Origin: a virus
Reading direction: 5' to 3' (one strand)
Virus record (IMG/VR): IMGVR_UViG_3300029267_002158
Coordinates: 1-64,000 of that record
Length of the DNA stretch: 64,000 nt
Part shown: one piece after another, positions 15,804-26,334 of the stretch
How positions within the stretch are numbered: position 1 is the first letter of the stretch
Layout of the letters: each line of letters starts with the position of its first letter
Made by a program: the position numbers and the translations under genes
The notes under the pieces: generated by a model
What the model was told of the DNA's origin: nothing
Seen by the model: the letters and a program-made list of their open reading frames with translations, nothing else
The model's database searches: none

Positions 15804-17430
15804 GAGTCAGCTAGAAGAACTTAAAAGGTGCAAGGCTGATGTGGTCTATATGGTCAAGAAATATGGATGGCTTCAGCATACGTCACGCGGAGAGATACGC
15901 TGGGAGCCATACGACTACCAGATTGAGATGCTAGAGTCTCTTCAGAATGGCGACAATATCATAACCCTTAAATCGAGGCAGATAGGTTGCTCATGGACAA
16001 CCGCAGCATACTTAATCTGGCTCATTATTTTCAACCCATCCATAAACTGCATTGTTCTTTCACAGAAAGAGCTTTATGCGGTCAAATTCTTGGAAAAGGC
16101 AAAATTCTTTTTCAATCGCCTTCCAAGATTCTTAAAGCCTAACGTTGTCTCTGATTCAAAGACGCAATTTACCGTGCAGTTTAGAGCAAAAAGACCAGAT
16201 GGCGATTACAAGATCGCCAATTCATCTGTTGATTCACTTACCACAACAACAGATACGGGTCGTAGTTTTTCTGCGCGGCTGGTCATTATGGACGAAGCCG
16301 CGTTTTTGCCAAATGGCGAAGACACGTGGAAGGCCGTTAAGCCAACAACGACACACGGCGGCCAGATAGCTGTAATCTCGACACCGAACCGTATAAACTG
16401 GTTTCATACACTGTGGGCAAAGGCCGAGGCTGGAGAATCACTTACCTTTAAGCCCATCATCGCCTATTACAGAGATTGCGGCTTTGACGACGAATGGTTG
16501 GCAAAAGTCACTGATGGAATGTCAGTGACAGACATTCTCCAGGAATACGAATTGCAGTTCCTGACAAGTGGCAATCCATTCTTTGATCTGAACAAACTCG
16601 CCCTTTGCTACTACGATACTGACGAGTTGGGTAAGATTGTTGACGCAGATGGCAAAAGCCTTAATGTCAAGACGTATATCAACTTCACGGGCGTGGACCC
16701 GTCAGAGGGGGCAGGAGACTATCATTCAATTGTATCTCTTAACCAGCACGGGGTGCAATTAGACGCTTGGCATTCTAAAGATACAAGCCTTGAAGATTTC
16801 TCCGGCTACACAATGACACTGCCTGATGGCAGTCGTGTGGAAGTGGAGGGAAGGACCTCTAAATGGCACAGGATGTATCCTGGATATATGGTCATCGAGC
16901 AAAATAACTCCGGTCAGACGGTGTACTCTCGTCATATAACGCCAGACGATGATAGAAGCATCACCATTTCCAGAAAAACAACCGGCGGCACAGCGGGGGC
17001 AGGTTCCAAGATGAGGATTTTAAACCTTCTGAAGTTGGCCGTTGCTGGAAGGCAGATCTACATCACCGACCTATTCACATACCGGTGTATGCAATCATTC
17101 GAGAGCAAACAAGGCGGTCAAAAGGCCGAGGCTGCTGACGGGGCGTATGACGATCCGGTTATGGCGCTTGCTCATTCGTATGCGGAGCTATATAAGTATG
17201 GCGGCTACGTCATAGAGATGCCAGAGAGGACAGTTGGCGGGCAGAGAATGGTGGCTTTGCGGAAAGAGGACGATTTATCCATAGATGAGCTAGCATCAGC
17301 GATACACGTTGATGGTGGCGTCATAGATGGACCTATATTAGATGAAAGCCCAGGTGGTAGGAGATTTGTTGATGAGCGAGATAGGCGTTTGCGCCCGCCC
17401 AGGGTGTCAGAACGAATTGAAAACTGGTAG
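15784..17430 (+). CDS. terL: Terminase large subunit
   Basis: PYDYQ, LKSRQIGCS (Walker A), VIMDEAAF (Walker B), ISTP, GVDP...GDY, DDPVMAL nuclease motifs. Confidence 0.95.
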   Translation: MKRRITKSQLEELKRCKADVVYMVKKYGWLQHTSRGEIRWEPYDYQIEMLESLQNGDNIITLKSRQIGCSWTTAAYLIWLIIFNPSINCIVLSQKELYAVKFLEKAKFFFNRLPRFLKPNVVSDSKTQFTVQFRAKRPDGDYKIANSSVDSLTTTTDTGRSFSARLVIMDEAAFLPNGEDTWKAVKPTTTHGGQIAVISTPNRINWFHTLWAKAEAGESLTFKPIIAYYRDCGFDDEWLAKVTDGMSVTDILQEYELQFLTSGNPFFDLNKLALCYYDTDELGKIVDADGKSLNVKTYINFTGVDPSEGAGDYHSIVSLNQHGVQLDAWHSKDTSLEDFSGYTMTLPDGSRVEVEGRTSKWHRMYPGYMVIEQNNSGQTVYSRHITPDDDRSITISRKTTGGTAGAGSKMRILNLLKLAVAGRQIYITDLFTYRCMQSFESKQGGQKAEAADGAYDDPVMALAHSYAELYKYGGYVIEMPERTVGGQRMVALRKEDDLSIDELASAIHVDGGVIDGPILDESPGGRRFVDERDRRLRPPRVSERIENW

Positions 17431-20400
17431 CACATATTGTTCCAGAAAATGCGCGGCTGCTGACAGGGCAAGGGTTAAGTCTTTGCGCCAGAAGTTGTCG
17501 CGTGACGCGATGAAGCTTATACCTGGAGATATTACGACTACAATGGTTGACGCCTTGGGAAACGGAGCTTACCGTGTATTGGAGGAATGGGCTACAACTC
17601 TTGCCGAGAGCAAGGAATTAGCACCTCCGTTGTTGTCATACACGAGTGAGTCAGGCGATTACTCTAATCGTTACGGCTCCATTCAAACAGATCACGCTTT
17701 GTACAGGGCGACGGATCAGTTAGGGTATGACACGATAGATGATATGATGCGTAACGGTCAGGTTGCATTTGGCGTAGAGATGAAACGCTCTTGGTTGCTG
17801 AGCGTGTTCAGGAACTCGCGTTCTTGGGACATAGAGTGCCAAGACGAGGATACAAAGAACATTGTGCGCGCCATGATGAAGCGTGTACTCACCCGCCATG
17901 CCGGAGAGTTTATGGAAGCCATTCCATACGGCAGTTACTTTGGCGAGAAAATATGGGACTTCAAGGAGGCCAGCTATTGGGGAATAGATGGTGTCCAGGA
18001 TGATGAAAAATATTACGGACTAAAATCGATAGAGGCCATTCACCCAAGGTCCATAAACCGCATTGTGTTTGATGATTCCGGACATCACTTTGACGGCTTC
18101 GTGCAGAACCAGGCGTTCGGTGAACAGAAGATTCCTGTTGCCCAGTCACTTATTTTGACGTACAACAAGCATTTCCGCAATTTGTGGGGTACACCAGCGC
18201 TAGATCCGGTGTATCCTTTTTGGTTTTGGTACGAGGTGTGCATGCGCTCCTTCGTGCGATATATGGAGCGCATGGGCACGCCAGTGACAGTGTGTCGCGC
18301 CCCGTCGAGAGGCCAGATTCGCGTCCCTGATGGAGCGCTGATGAAGTCCATGAAGTACGCTTTTCTCGTGGCGGGCAATGTCGCAGAGTCAAATGCAGTT
18401 GCCTTGCCCAGTGATGTCGATCCTGACACTGGACAGAAGCTTTGGGAGCTTGAATACCTCGCTGACGACAAGCGCGGCACGCAGTTCAAGGACGCGCTAG
18501 AACTTCTTGGCACGCTTATTATCAGATCGTTAGTAATAAGCGACAGAGCTATTACCCAGGGCCCAACAGGGAGCTATGCTGCTGCGGCGAAACACTTCGC
18601 CGTGACAATGTTGCACAACGAACATGTTTTGACACAATTCATCAATCAGCTAAATTCATATGTCATACCACAGATTGTCGAGTACAACATCGGGGCGAAT
18701 GCTAAGCCGGCTACTCTTGTCACAGAAGGATTGGACCCGGAGGAGAAAGAGAGGTTATTCAAACTCCTCTCGACGATGGGCAATCAGGCCGGCCAGACCA
18801 CAATGAACTGGATAGACTGGAAGAAGATCTTTGCTGTAGAAAACATTCCAGTTCTTAACCAGGAAGACTACGACGCCCTCAAAGAGGAGAAACAGGCTGC
18901 CGCCGACGAAGCTATGGAGCGGCAACGGAAAACAGGTGGGCAGTTCCCAGAGAACGGAGAGGAAGAAGAGCCGGAAGAAAAGGACGAGTCAATTAGCGAG
19001 AAGGTAGAGCAATCTGCCGACTGGGCTCTAATGCACATCGCAAGCGGAGCTAGATTTCCGGTTGTGTTAACAGCCGAGGGGGCGAATGCTATTTTTGACA
19101 GGCTTGGAAAGAGAAAATTCCAACTCGCTAATCCGTATCATGATCCATTTGGCAGATTCACATCAAAGGCCGGCTCGTCTGTGGCTTCTGGCGCGCAAGC
19201 GATTGCCGATAACACATTCAGGGATCCAAATTGGGTTGCTGCCGCCGCTGTTGTTCATAGCGGCAAGGCCAGAGAGATCATGCGTAGCCCTGAAGAGAAG
19301 GCAAGGATAGAAAAGGAGACGAAGCTCGCCCTTGATGCAGTTCCAGAAGAATTGCGACGCAAGGATCTGCGTGTGAGGCACCACGCAGGCATAGGCACGT
19401 ATGTGAGCGAGGCGGCAAGCATAGAGTCGATGGGCAATACAAACCCGATGGTCGCAATGTCTGCGGGGTACGTAAAACGAACCGGGGATCGCACGATTCA
19501 TCTCTCACCATCGGTTGTGAGGGAGCTCTCCAGTGACAACGAGGTTCAACGCGCCTTTGCCCGCCACGCTATTATTCACGAATCGCTCCATGCTCGCAAG
19601 AGAGAATTTGGCGCAGAGCAAATATTGAAGCGCATCCCGATCGTATCTGGTGTTTATGGCAATCTCTCCACGCCGATTGAGGAGGGATTGACAGACCTAA
19701 TGGCAAGTCAGATTAGCGGCGTGGCTGGTGCGGGGCCATACTCCAAGTACCGTGACAGAATGGCAAAGATTGCTATGTCCGTCTCTGGTAACAACAAAGA
19801 GAGGGCTAATCAATGGATAAAAGATTCACACAAACGGGCAACAGGCCCGATGGATTTGACACGCCAGTTAAACATGGCGGGTTACAAGACAAACCTCGTA
19901 GAGACCATAAAATATCTTAGCGGAGGCAAGGGGTCTCTTGTAGATCAGATTGGTACCGCTAAGGGGTACGGAAACACGTTTACCCGCCCCACCAGGAAAT
20001 ACAAGGGGCAATGGGAAACAGACACAAACCTTAAAAGGTTGGCGACTGGTGCAGCCGAGGCGCTGTCAGCCTCGTATTATAGAAAGGGGATTGCAACTGG
20101 TATTGGCGAAGCGCTAAAGGAGGCGATGAAGACGTGGCGGGAGATGGAAGGTGTGGATTTGGAGTATGAGGAATTTGCCCCTGAGGAGTGGGACTGGGAT
20201 TTGTCTGTCATTGCCTCAGCAGCCGGCAGCGAGATGAGTGACATCATTGCCGATGTGCCAGACGAGTACAAAGACGCGATAGTTACATACTTTGGCCTCG
20301 GCTACGATTTCGTACCTCGTATGCTTGGCGATTTCCCGAAGCAACAAGAGAAGTTGCTTGAGGCGCATTACCTGTTCAACCCATACCATGATAAAGATGG

Positions 20401-22138
20401 CGAGTTTACGTCAAAGAAGGATGCAACTGTAGTTACAAGAACCACGACGAAGCAGACGGCAAAGAAAACAAGCAAGAAGAATGGTAAGGAAGGATTCTTT
20501 CAAAAAGCTTATTCAGCCATGAGTGCGGGGGCGCAAAAAGCATTACTAGCCCCCGCTGAATATATGTCTAGGAAGAGCGGTCTTGGCCCCAGGCTTGCTA
20601 AAATGGGCGTCGAGATAGGGTCTGATATGCTCATAGAGAAACTTGTTGGCGCTGCCGTCCTTGCCAAGGCGTCGGTGGCCGGCGCTGCTTTGACGCAGAT
20701 AGCCGCAACGGCAATCATGGGAGCCGCAATGCCCGCTGCGCTGCCCGCTGTTGGTGGTGTACTGCTTGGCATTGGGGCGTCGTGGGCGATCACGACAGGG
20801 ATTGACTACCTCCAGACAAGGAGTTTGAACGCCTATGTGAACAGATACTCACCAAAGGACGATCAGCACGTTACGCTGACCATGCCCAAGATGGGAAAGT
20901 TCAAGAAGGCGAGAATGCTATTCTCGTTTGCCCCAAAAGCAATTGTCGGGACAGGAAACATAATGGATATGATTAACGGTGGCGAGCTTGCATCAGGCAT
21001 GGGGATGGAGGAATGGGATGCGGTAGTCCTCGAAAGTGACGACAAGCCGCCTAGTGAAACGCAAAAGTTTGTTGCCTCCATATGGCCGCTCGTCAGCCTC
21101 GTGCTTAGTGATGAGAAAACTGACGGTATGAGGTTGCCATACCTGGAAACACTAGACGGGTTTCCAGGCTTTGAGAAGAGCGGGGAATACCTCGTGATGA
21201 ACAAGGCAGGCGCGGAGAAATTCGCAGAGCATTACTCGGAAGCAGATTTCCCTGAGATAGAAAAGGTCTCGTTTGGAAACCCTGATGGCATGTGGAAGAC
21301 ATTGGAAGAAGAAGGGGCGCTGACACCAAAGGGATCAGAAAAGAAACTGGAAGCCTACCAGTTATTTAATCCGTTTCACGACAAAAAGGGACAGTTTGCC
21401 TCCAAGGGATCTAAGGCTATCAGCAAGGTTGGCACAAGATTGTCAAACATGCCTGATAATCTGGATATTGTATCTCATGATAGCAACAAGAGTGTGGAAA
21501 AGGCGCTTGGTGATTTCAGCAAAAATGGCTTGGCCGCCTACGATAACGGAAAGATTCACGTAACCCCCAGGGGAGTAGAGGTATTTGCCAAGAATACAAA
21601 GCTGAGGGATCACGTGTACACTCACGAGGCTGTTCATGGCCGGCTGCGGGCCAATGGCAAGCCAATGGTCGCTAGAAACGTGAAACAAGCGCAGTTCGAG
21701 GAGGGGGCAACGGACTTGATGGCTGCGGCTATCAACGGTTCTCCAAACCTCATAGCGTACAAGGGGTATGCGGCCTCCATCGCCACGATGGCAAGGGAAT
21801 CATCCAAAAATCAGGACGGCGCGTGGCGGTTTGTATCGGAGTCTCATTACAAGAATAGCGATCCTGGCTTCGCCCCTAGTCTGAAGCCTGGAAAATGGGA
21901 GGATGTGGAATGGTTGATGTCAAGTGCGCCACAGAAGCTAGAGGACGTGTCAACGGAGGGTCTTGATGAGTGGAAAAAATCAGAAGAGGCAAAGTGGAGA
22001 CACATCTACAATATTACTGAGGGGGGTCCGGATTCCGAAGAGAGTAATAGAGGAAATGGAGATGGAGCACGGAAAGCTGGTAACGGACACCGGGCTAACG
22101 ATGTGGTTGGAAAGAGTTCTGGCGATAAAGAAAGCTGA
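17372..22138 (+). CDS. Portal protein (DUF935/Mu gp29-like) with N-terminal Zn finger and ~1000-aa C-terminal cargo extension
   Basis: Follows TerL; AIPYGSYFGEKIW, NLWGTPAL.PVY..WFW, YMERMGTP, GSYAAA..H motifs; extension has two HExxH modules and a hydrophobic module; start at ATG 17372 inferred. Confidence 0.85.
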   Translation: MSEIGVCARPGCQNELKTGSTYCSRKCAAADRARVKSLRQKLSRDAMKLIPGDITTTMVDALGNGAYRVLEEWATTLAESKELAPPLLSYTSESGDYSNRYGSIQTDHALYRATDQLGYDTIDDMMRNGQVAFGVEMKRSWLLSVFRNSRSWDIECQDEDTKNIVRAMMKRVLTRHAGEFMEAIPYGSYFGEKIWDFKEASYWGIDGVQDDEKYYGLKSIEAIHPRSINRIVFDDSGHHFDGFVQNQAFGEQKIPVAQSLILTYNKHFRNLWGTPALDPVYPFWFWYEVCMRSFVRYMERMGTPVTVCRAPSRGQIRVPDGALMKSMKYAFLVAGNVAESNAVALPSDVDPDTGQKLWELEYLADDKRGTQFKDALELLGTLIIRSLVISDRAITQGPTGSYAAAAKHFAVTMLHNEHVLTQFINQLNSYVIPQIVEYNIGANAKPATLVTEGLDPEEKERLFKLLSTMGNQAGQTTMNWIDWKKIFAVENIPVLNQEDYDALKEEKQAAADEAMERQRKTGGQFPENGEEEEPEEKDESISEKVEQSADWALMHIASGARFPVVLTAEGANAIFDRLGKRKFQLANPYHDPFGRFTSKAGSSVASGAQAIADNTFRDPNWVAAAAVVHSGKAREIMRSPEEKARIEKETKLALDAVPEELRRKDLRVRHHAGIGTYVSEAASIESMGNTNPMVAMSAGYVKRTGDRTIHLSPSVVRELSSDNEVQRAFARHAIIHESLHARKREFGAEQILKRIPIVSGVYGNLSTPIEEGLTDLMASQISGVAGAGPYSKYRDRMAKIAMSVSGNNKERANQWIKDSHKRATGPMDLTRQLNMAGYKTNLVETIKYLSGGKGSLVDQIGTAKGYGNTFTRPTRKYKGQWETDTNLKRLATGAAEALSASYYRKGIATGIGEALKEAMKTWREMEGVDLEYEEFAPEEWDWDLSVIASAAGSEMSDIIADVPDEYKDAIVTYFGLGYDFVPRMLGDFPKQQEKLLEAHYLFNPYHDKDGEFTSKKDATVVTRTTTKQTAKKTSKKNGKEGFFQKAYSAMSAGAQKALLAPAEYMSRKSGLGPRLAKMGVEIGSDMLIEKLVGAAVLAKASVAGAALTQIAATAIMGAAMPAALPAVGGVLLGIGASWAITTGIDYLQTRSLNAYVNRYSPKDDQHVTLTMPKMGKFKKARMLFSFAPKAIVGTGNIMDMINGGELASGMGMEEWDAVVLESDDKPPSETQKFVASIWPLVSLVLSDEKTDGMRLPYLETLDGFPGFEKSGEYLVMNKAGAEKFAEHYSEADFPEIEKVSFGNPDGMWKTLEEEGALTPKGSEKKLEAYQLFNPFHDKKGQFASKGSKAISKVGTRLSNMPDNLDIVSHDSNKSVEKALGDFSKNGLAAYDNGKIHVTPRGVEVFAKNTKLRDHVYTHEAVHGRLRANGKPMVARNVKQAQFEEGATDLMAAAINGSPNLIAYKGYAASIATMARESSKNQDGAWRFVSESHYKNSDPGFAPSLKPGKWEDVEWLMSSAPQKLEDVSTEGLDEWKKSEEAKWRHIYNITEGGPDSEESNRGNGDGARKAGNGHRANDVVGKSSGDKES

Positions 22139-22289
22139 GAATCCCAGTCTCAGGATCAAATTGCTTCGCCATCCGCTCATTGCTGGGGTTGAATTTATCC
22201 CGGCGGAGATCAAGGTGGGCAACTTTCTTGGAATGAAGGACATCAAGACAGGGTTTCACATATTCTTTAAAAGAAAGAGGGTGTACTAG
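22056..22289 (+). CDS. Hypothetical protein (start uncertain)
   Basis: Fills the gap to the next gene; GAGG SD before ATG 22056. Confidence 0.45.
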   Translation: MEMEHGKLVTDTGLTMWLERVLAIKKAENPSLRIKLLRHPLIAGVEFIPAEIKVGNFLGMKDIKTGFHIFFKRKRVY

Positions 22290-22877
22290 ATGAACAAAGA
22301 GGGATTTACAAAGGTTCCAGTTGGCTTACGATTAAGCGATGGGCGGACCGAGTATAAACACAGAAGATTTAAAGATGTCCTTGCGTTTCTTCATGACAGA
22401 TACGGCGACAAGTATTTAAAGCTAGAACTTGGGCCGGGCAGGAAACAATCTTTGTTGACGCACCCGTCAATAGGATTGAATCCATCGGCTGACCCGGTGG
22501 CTGATATATTCTGGGATCTTAATAATGGCATTCCGCTACCCGGCGATTGTATCGACGAGATCTACTCGAATCAGACATTGGAGCATATCAAGCGAGAGAA
22601 TTTTATCTTCTTGATGAATGAAATGTGGAGCGTAATGAAGGTTGGCGGTGTCATGGAGCACTGTGTACCGGAGTACACCTCCTCCGCCGCAGTCGGGGAC
22701 CCGACGCACTACAATATGTTTTCACGCGATTCTTTCAGATATTTTTGCATCCGCAACGACGGCACGATGTTTACTGACCGATTTTCTGACTACGGGATAA
22801 CGTGCAGATTCATGATGGAGTCTCAGGAGGTCAGGCCGGGACTTGACATCACTGTCAGAATGGTGAAGCTCAAGTGA
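22290..22877 (+). CDS. Class I SAM-dependent methyltransferase
   Basis: LELGPG, DLNNGIPLP...DEIYSNQTLEHI, MKVGG, DPTH. Confidence 0.85.
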   Translation: MNKEGFTKVPVGLRLSDGRTEYKHRRFKDVLAFLHDRYGDKYLKLELGPGRKQSLLTHPSIGLNPSADPVADIFWDLNNGIPLPGDCIDEIYSNQTLEHIKRENFIFLMNEMWSVMKVGGVMEHCVPEYTSSAAVGDPTHYNMFSRDSFRYFCIRNDGTMFTDRFSDYGITCRFMMESQEVRPGLDITVRMVKLK

Positions 22878-23407
22878 GAAAATATTGGAAATGCTTCCTC
22901 TCAACACTAAAGCACAAGTTCTATGTCTTGATTGCTGGCATGTGGCTTGGCGTTCCGCTGTGGCAATTGTTGGCACACGACATTAGCAAGTTTTCCGTTG
23001 CCGAGTTTCCGAGGTATGCAAGATATTATTTTGGGCAAGAAAAGGACAGAGGGGAATGGGCAAAGGCTTGGCACCATCACCAGCGGTTGAATGCACATCA
23101 CCCAGAGTATTGGCTGCTGTCCTGGCGGTTCTGTGGAGGGGTGGGGCAGCCTGTTGCTGATAATGTTGTCGTCCTCCCTATGCCAGAGATGTATGTTCGC
23201 GAGATGGTTGCTGACTGGTTTGCGGCGTCCAAGATTTATACTGGCAGGTGGGACATAGCGACGTGGCTGAACAAGAATGGCCCAAAGATGATAATGCACA
23301 AGGGCACCGTGCGGCTCGTTGGGGATATTATGGTCGAGATGGGATACTACCTTACTGATAACTGCTCCTGGTCATGGATGGCGGGCGAAAGGTTTTTGAG
23401 AAAATGA
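22874..23407 (+). CDS. DUF5662-like HD-type metal-binding protein
   Basis: HK..V, HDISKF..EF, AWHHH...NAHHPEYW, MP..Y..EMVADW. Confidence 0.75.
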   Translation: MRKYWKCFLSTLKHKFYVLIAGMWLGVPLWQLLAHDISKFSVAEFPRYARYYFGQEKDRGEWAKAWHHHQRLNAHHPEYWLLSWRFCGGVGQPVADNVVVLPMPEMYVREMVADWFAASKIYTGRWDIATWLNKNGPKMIMHKGTVRLVGDIMVEMGYYLTDNCSWSWMAGERFLRK

Positions 23408-24003
23408 ATTATCTTATCGAGGAGTTGGTAAGAAGGCAAAACCTTACGGTGAGGGGGCAAGACTGGGATACAAACCACGAGCGTCTTACAAAAAATGTGG
23501 TTGATCAATTTGCTCCTCTTATTCCAAAGGGGAAGGTAGTTGATGTTGGTTGCGGGAAAGGACTTGCGAGGAAGCACTGGGTGCGTCACGGCTTTGATTG
23601 GGTTGGTGTGACAATTGGCCCTGACTGGGAGTATATGAAGCACAAAGAGTGCGTGCGGGGTGATATGCACATCCTGTCAAGAATCGTTGACGCTGATGTT
23701 GTATACGCAAGGCATGTGCTAGAACATTCACCAATGCCGGTTGTGGCTCTGCGTCGGTGGATGGATATATCGACGCGCATTATTGTCGTTGTTCCAAAAC
23801 CAACACCTCGCGCCATAGATGACACAGCGCACTTAAGCGTGTTGCCCAGAGTAAACTGGATTAAGTATTTCAACTTTCTTGGGTTGAGAATTGCGCTACA
23901 ATCAGAAGTGGAGTACAGTAACCCAGCGCCGTGGCCGCAAACCGGTGGCGAGTTCAGATTTCTTCTATCACACAATCAAAAAAAGCTATTTTGCAGGAGG
24001 TAA
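23404..24003 (+). CDS. Class I SAM-dependent methyltransferase
   Basis: VVDVGCGKG, GDMH, YARHVLEHSPMP; ATGA overlap. Confidence 0.85.
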   Translation: MNYLIEELVRRQNLTVRGQDWDTNHERLTKNVVDQFAPLIPKGKVVDVGCGKGLARKHWVRHGFDWVGVTIGPDWEYMKHKECVRGDMHILSRIVDADVVYARHVLEHSPMPVVALRRWMDISTRIIVVVPKPTPRAIDDTAHLSVLPRVNWIKYFNFLGLRIALQSEVEYSNPAPWPQTGGEFRFLLSHNQKKLFCRR

Positions 24004-24006
24004 GGG

Positions 24007-24795
24007 GTGAGGCCCATTTTCTTTATTGGAAACAAGCGATCAGGCACGTCGCACGTGGTAAGACTACTCAATGCTCATCCGAATGTCCATGTGTGTTACG
24101 AGCAAGACTTAGCATGGATTCTATATCAGTGCGAAAAGGGATGGTGGCCTGATTTGGTGGGGTATAAATATGACACGCCTTATGGAATGTGGGGCGCTTT
24201 GTGGCGATGCAAGAACTATAATCACTTTGGAGGAATAAATATTGCGAATGACAAGCACGAAGCCATCAGGAATGCTTACTTTAAAGCATCCCTGGCATTG
24301 ATGGAGGATTCTCCTTCTGGCAAGTTTCGTGACGCAATAAAGTGGATAGGCGATAAAAAGCCTGTCCAAAACGCAGATCCGGAGGTATTCGATTTCATAC
24401 GAAGGCATTTCCCCGATGCAAAGTTTATACATCTCATTCGCCATGTGGCAGACTTCGCTGAGAGCACCAATTCCAGGATTGCGTGCTACAAGCACGGTCC
24501 AAAATTCTGGTATTATGAAAGAGATCACCTATTCAGAATGTGGGCAATAATTGAGGGGTGGGTCCTGAGAGACAAGGAGCAAGCGCCGGATTGCATAATT
24601 GATGTACGATACGAGGATTTGTGCAGCTCTCCCGTCGAGGAAATGGAAAGGGTGTTCAGTTTTCTCGATCTGGAGATGGATTCGCGCGTTGAAAGGATAG
24701 TCAGCGAGACCACTACCCCCATCCCCAAGTACGATAGATCTGTTTCTGATTTCGGATCTGCGAGAGAGATAATGAGGGCGTACTCCTATGCGTAA
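24007..24795 (+). CDS. PAPS-dependent sulfotransferase
   Basis: FFIGNKRSGTS (5'-PSB loop), GDKKP, FPDAKFIHLIR, VRYEDL. Confidence 0.9.
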   Translation: MRPIFFIGNKRSGTSHVVRLLNAHPNVHVCYEQDLAWILYQCEKGWWPDLVGYKYDTPYGMWGALWRCKNYNHFGGINIANDKHEAIRNAYFKASLALMEDSPSGKFRDAIKWIGDKKPVQNADPEVFDFIRRHFPDAKFIHLIRHVADFAESTNSRIACYKHGPKFWYYERDHLFRMWAIIEGWVLRDKEQAPDCIIDVRYEDLCSSPVEEMERVFSFLDLEMDSRVERIVSETTTPIPKYDRSVSDFGSAREIMRAYSYA

Positions 24796-25297
24796 GGCGT
24801 CATTTTTATTTTGCAGGGTCTTGTTTACTAAATTCGGCGTTGACCCGGCGGCGGGCAGGGCAATTGATGTTGGCGGGGCGGACAGGATTGTATATCTCAA
24901 AAAGAAGATGCCAAACCCCCTACTGGAGTGCAGTCCAGATCTGGACTTCTTCGACAATGGATTTCTTGGTTCTGATAATCGCGATTTCCTGAATGAGGAT
25001 GACGTTGCTCCCCTGGAGGGCAAATACAACATTGTTTACAGCTTCGACACCTTGGAGCACGTCAAGGACCCGTGGTTGTTTTACAAAAACATGGTTCGTG
25101 TTTCAAAGAAGGGAGGGCATATATTTATAGCAGCGCCATTCAGGCGGCCTTACCATCCGTCCCCTGGTGATTATTGGAGGTTTACGCCGGAGGGGCTTAA
25201 GTTGCTTTTCGAGAAGATGGACAACGTCAAGGTTCTGGCCGCTGAGTGGGACATTGATCTTGTCGGTTCCGTTTTATTAGTCAGGAGGACAGAATGA
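24788..25297 (+). CDS. Class I SAM-dependent methyltransferase
   Basis: AIDVGG, DTLEHVKDPW, KKGG, YHPSPGDYWRFTPEGL. Confidence 0.85.
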   Translation: MRKASFLFCRVLFTKFGVDPAAGRAIDVGGADRIVYLKKKMPNPLLECSPDLDFFDNGFLGSDNRDFLNEDDVAPLEGKYNIVYSFDTLEHVKDPWLFYKNMVRVSKKGGHIFIAAPFRRPYHPSPGDYWRFTPEGLKLLFEKMDNVKVLAAEWDIDLVGSVLLVRRTE

Positions 25298-26334
25298 AAA
25301 GAAATATCTTACTGGTGATCATTGATTGCTTGCGTTTCGACAAAGTCAATGAGGATCTCATGCCGTTTACACGGCGATGGGGAATGGAGAATGTGTGGTT
25401 TAGCAATCACCGGGTTGTTAGCCATTGCACCGACCCATCTATCACAATGATGCTAAGCGGCGTTCATCCTGATGTAATTGGATTGTACTCAATGATGTAC
25501 GAACACCGAGATTACACTATTCCCAATGACATTAAAATGATCTCGGAGGTCGCTCGTGGGTATGGATACTTCACCGGCCTGGTATCTAACCTTGCGAGGT
25601 GGTATAGGCGGGGGCAGAATGTGTACCTTGATTGTCGCGGGTGGGCCGGAAGCAAAATCTTTGACGAATCTGTGCGGCTTGTCAAGAGTTTCAATCTTCC
25701 ATGGTTCCTCATTGTTCACGACGATTCCTGTCACCGTGAATACGAACGCGGCAGCTATGATAACGCTTGCCGCGCAGTGGATACCTATATCAAAAAGCTG
25801 CTCGATTCTGTTGACCAAGAAAACACAGACATCATTATCACGGCGGACCATGGCGAGGGACTGGGGCAGGAGAGCGTGACAGGGAGAAAGATTATCCAGC
25901 ACGGATTTGGCCTCGATCCGTTTCTCACACACGTCCCTTTGCTGGTGAAGAGGGGGGCGGGCGATATGTTTCCCAAGAAATGTGTAATAGACCAGGTGAC
26001 GGACAATATGTATATTTACCAGGCGCTTAGATATAGAATTTGCGGCGCGAATGCCATTCCGGCGTTTGGCAGGCCGGTGTTTCAGGCTGGCGATACCCCG
26101 CCAAACATTCGACATAGGGGCATTGTCCTCCCCGACCAGAAACAGTTCATTATCGAATCGCAGGGCGGAAAGGTGAATGGAAGGTATTATATAGGCCAAT
26201 TCACAGAAGGGGAAAAGCGCAGCGCCGAGGAGATGTTGGCCGGCCACTGTTCCAGACATGGCATTGATTACTGGGCGGAGAGTATGGAGCCGGAGGCGGA
26301 ATCAAGGCTAAGGGGGTTAGGATACTTTGGATAG
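25294..26334 (+). CDS. Alkaline-phosphatase/sulfatase-superfamily enzyme (Thr at nucleophile position)
   Basis: NILLVIIDCLRFD, CTDPS..MLSG.HP, IIITADHGE, HG, HVPL, RLRGLGY. Confidence 0.85.
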   Translation: MKRNILLVIIDCLRFDKVNEDLMPFTRRWGMENVWFSNHRVVSHCTDPSITMMLSGVHPDVIGLYSMMYEHRDYTIPNDIKMISEVARGYGYFTGLVSNLARWYRRGQNVYLDCRGWAGSKIFDESVRLVKSFNLPWFLIVHDDSCHREYERGSYDNACRAVDTYIKKLLDSVDQENTDIIITADHGEGLGQESVTGRKIIQHGFGLDPFLTHVPLLVKRGAGDMFPKKCVIDQVTDNMYIYQALRYRICGANAIPAFGRPVFQAGDTPPNIRHRGIVLPDQKQFIIESQGGKVNGRYYIGQFTEGEKRSAEEMLAGHCSRHGIDYWAESMEPEAESRLRGLGYFG

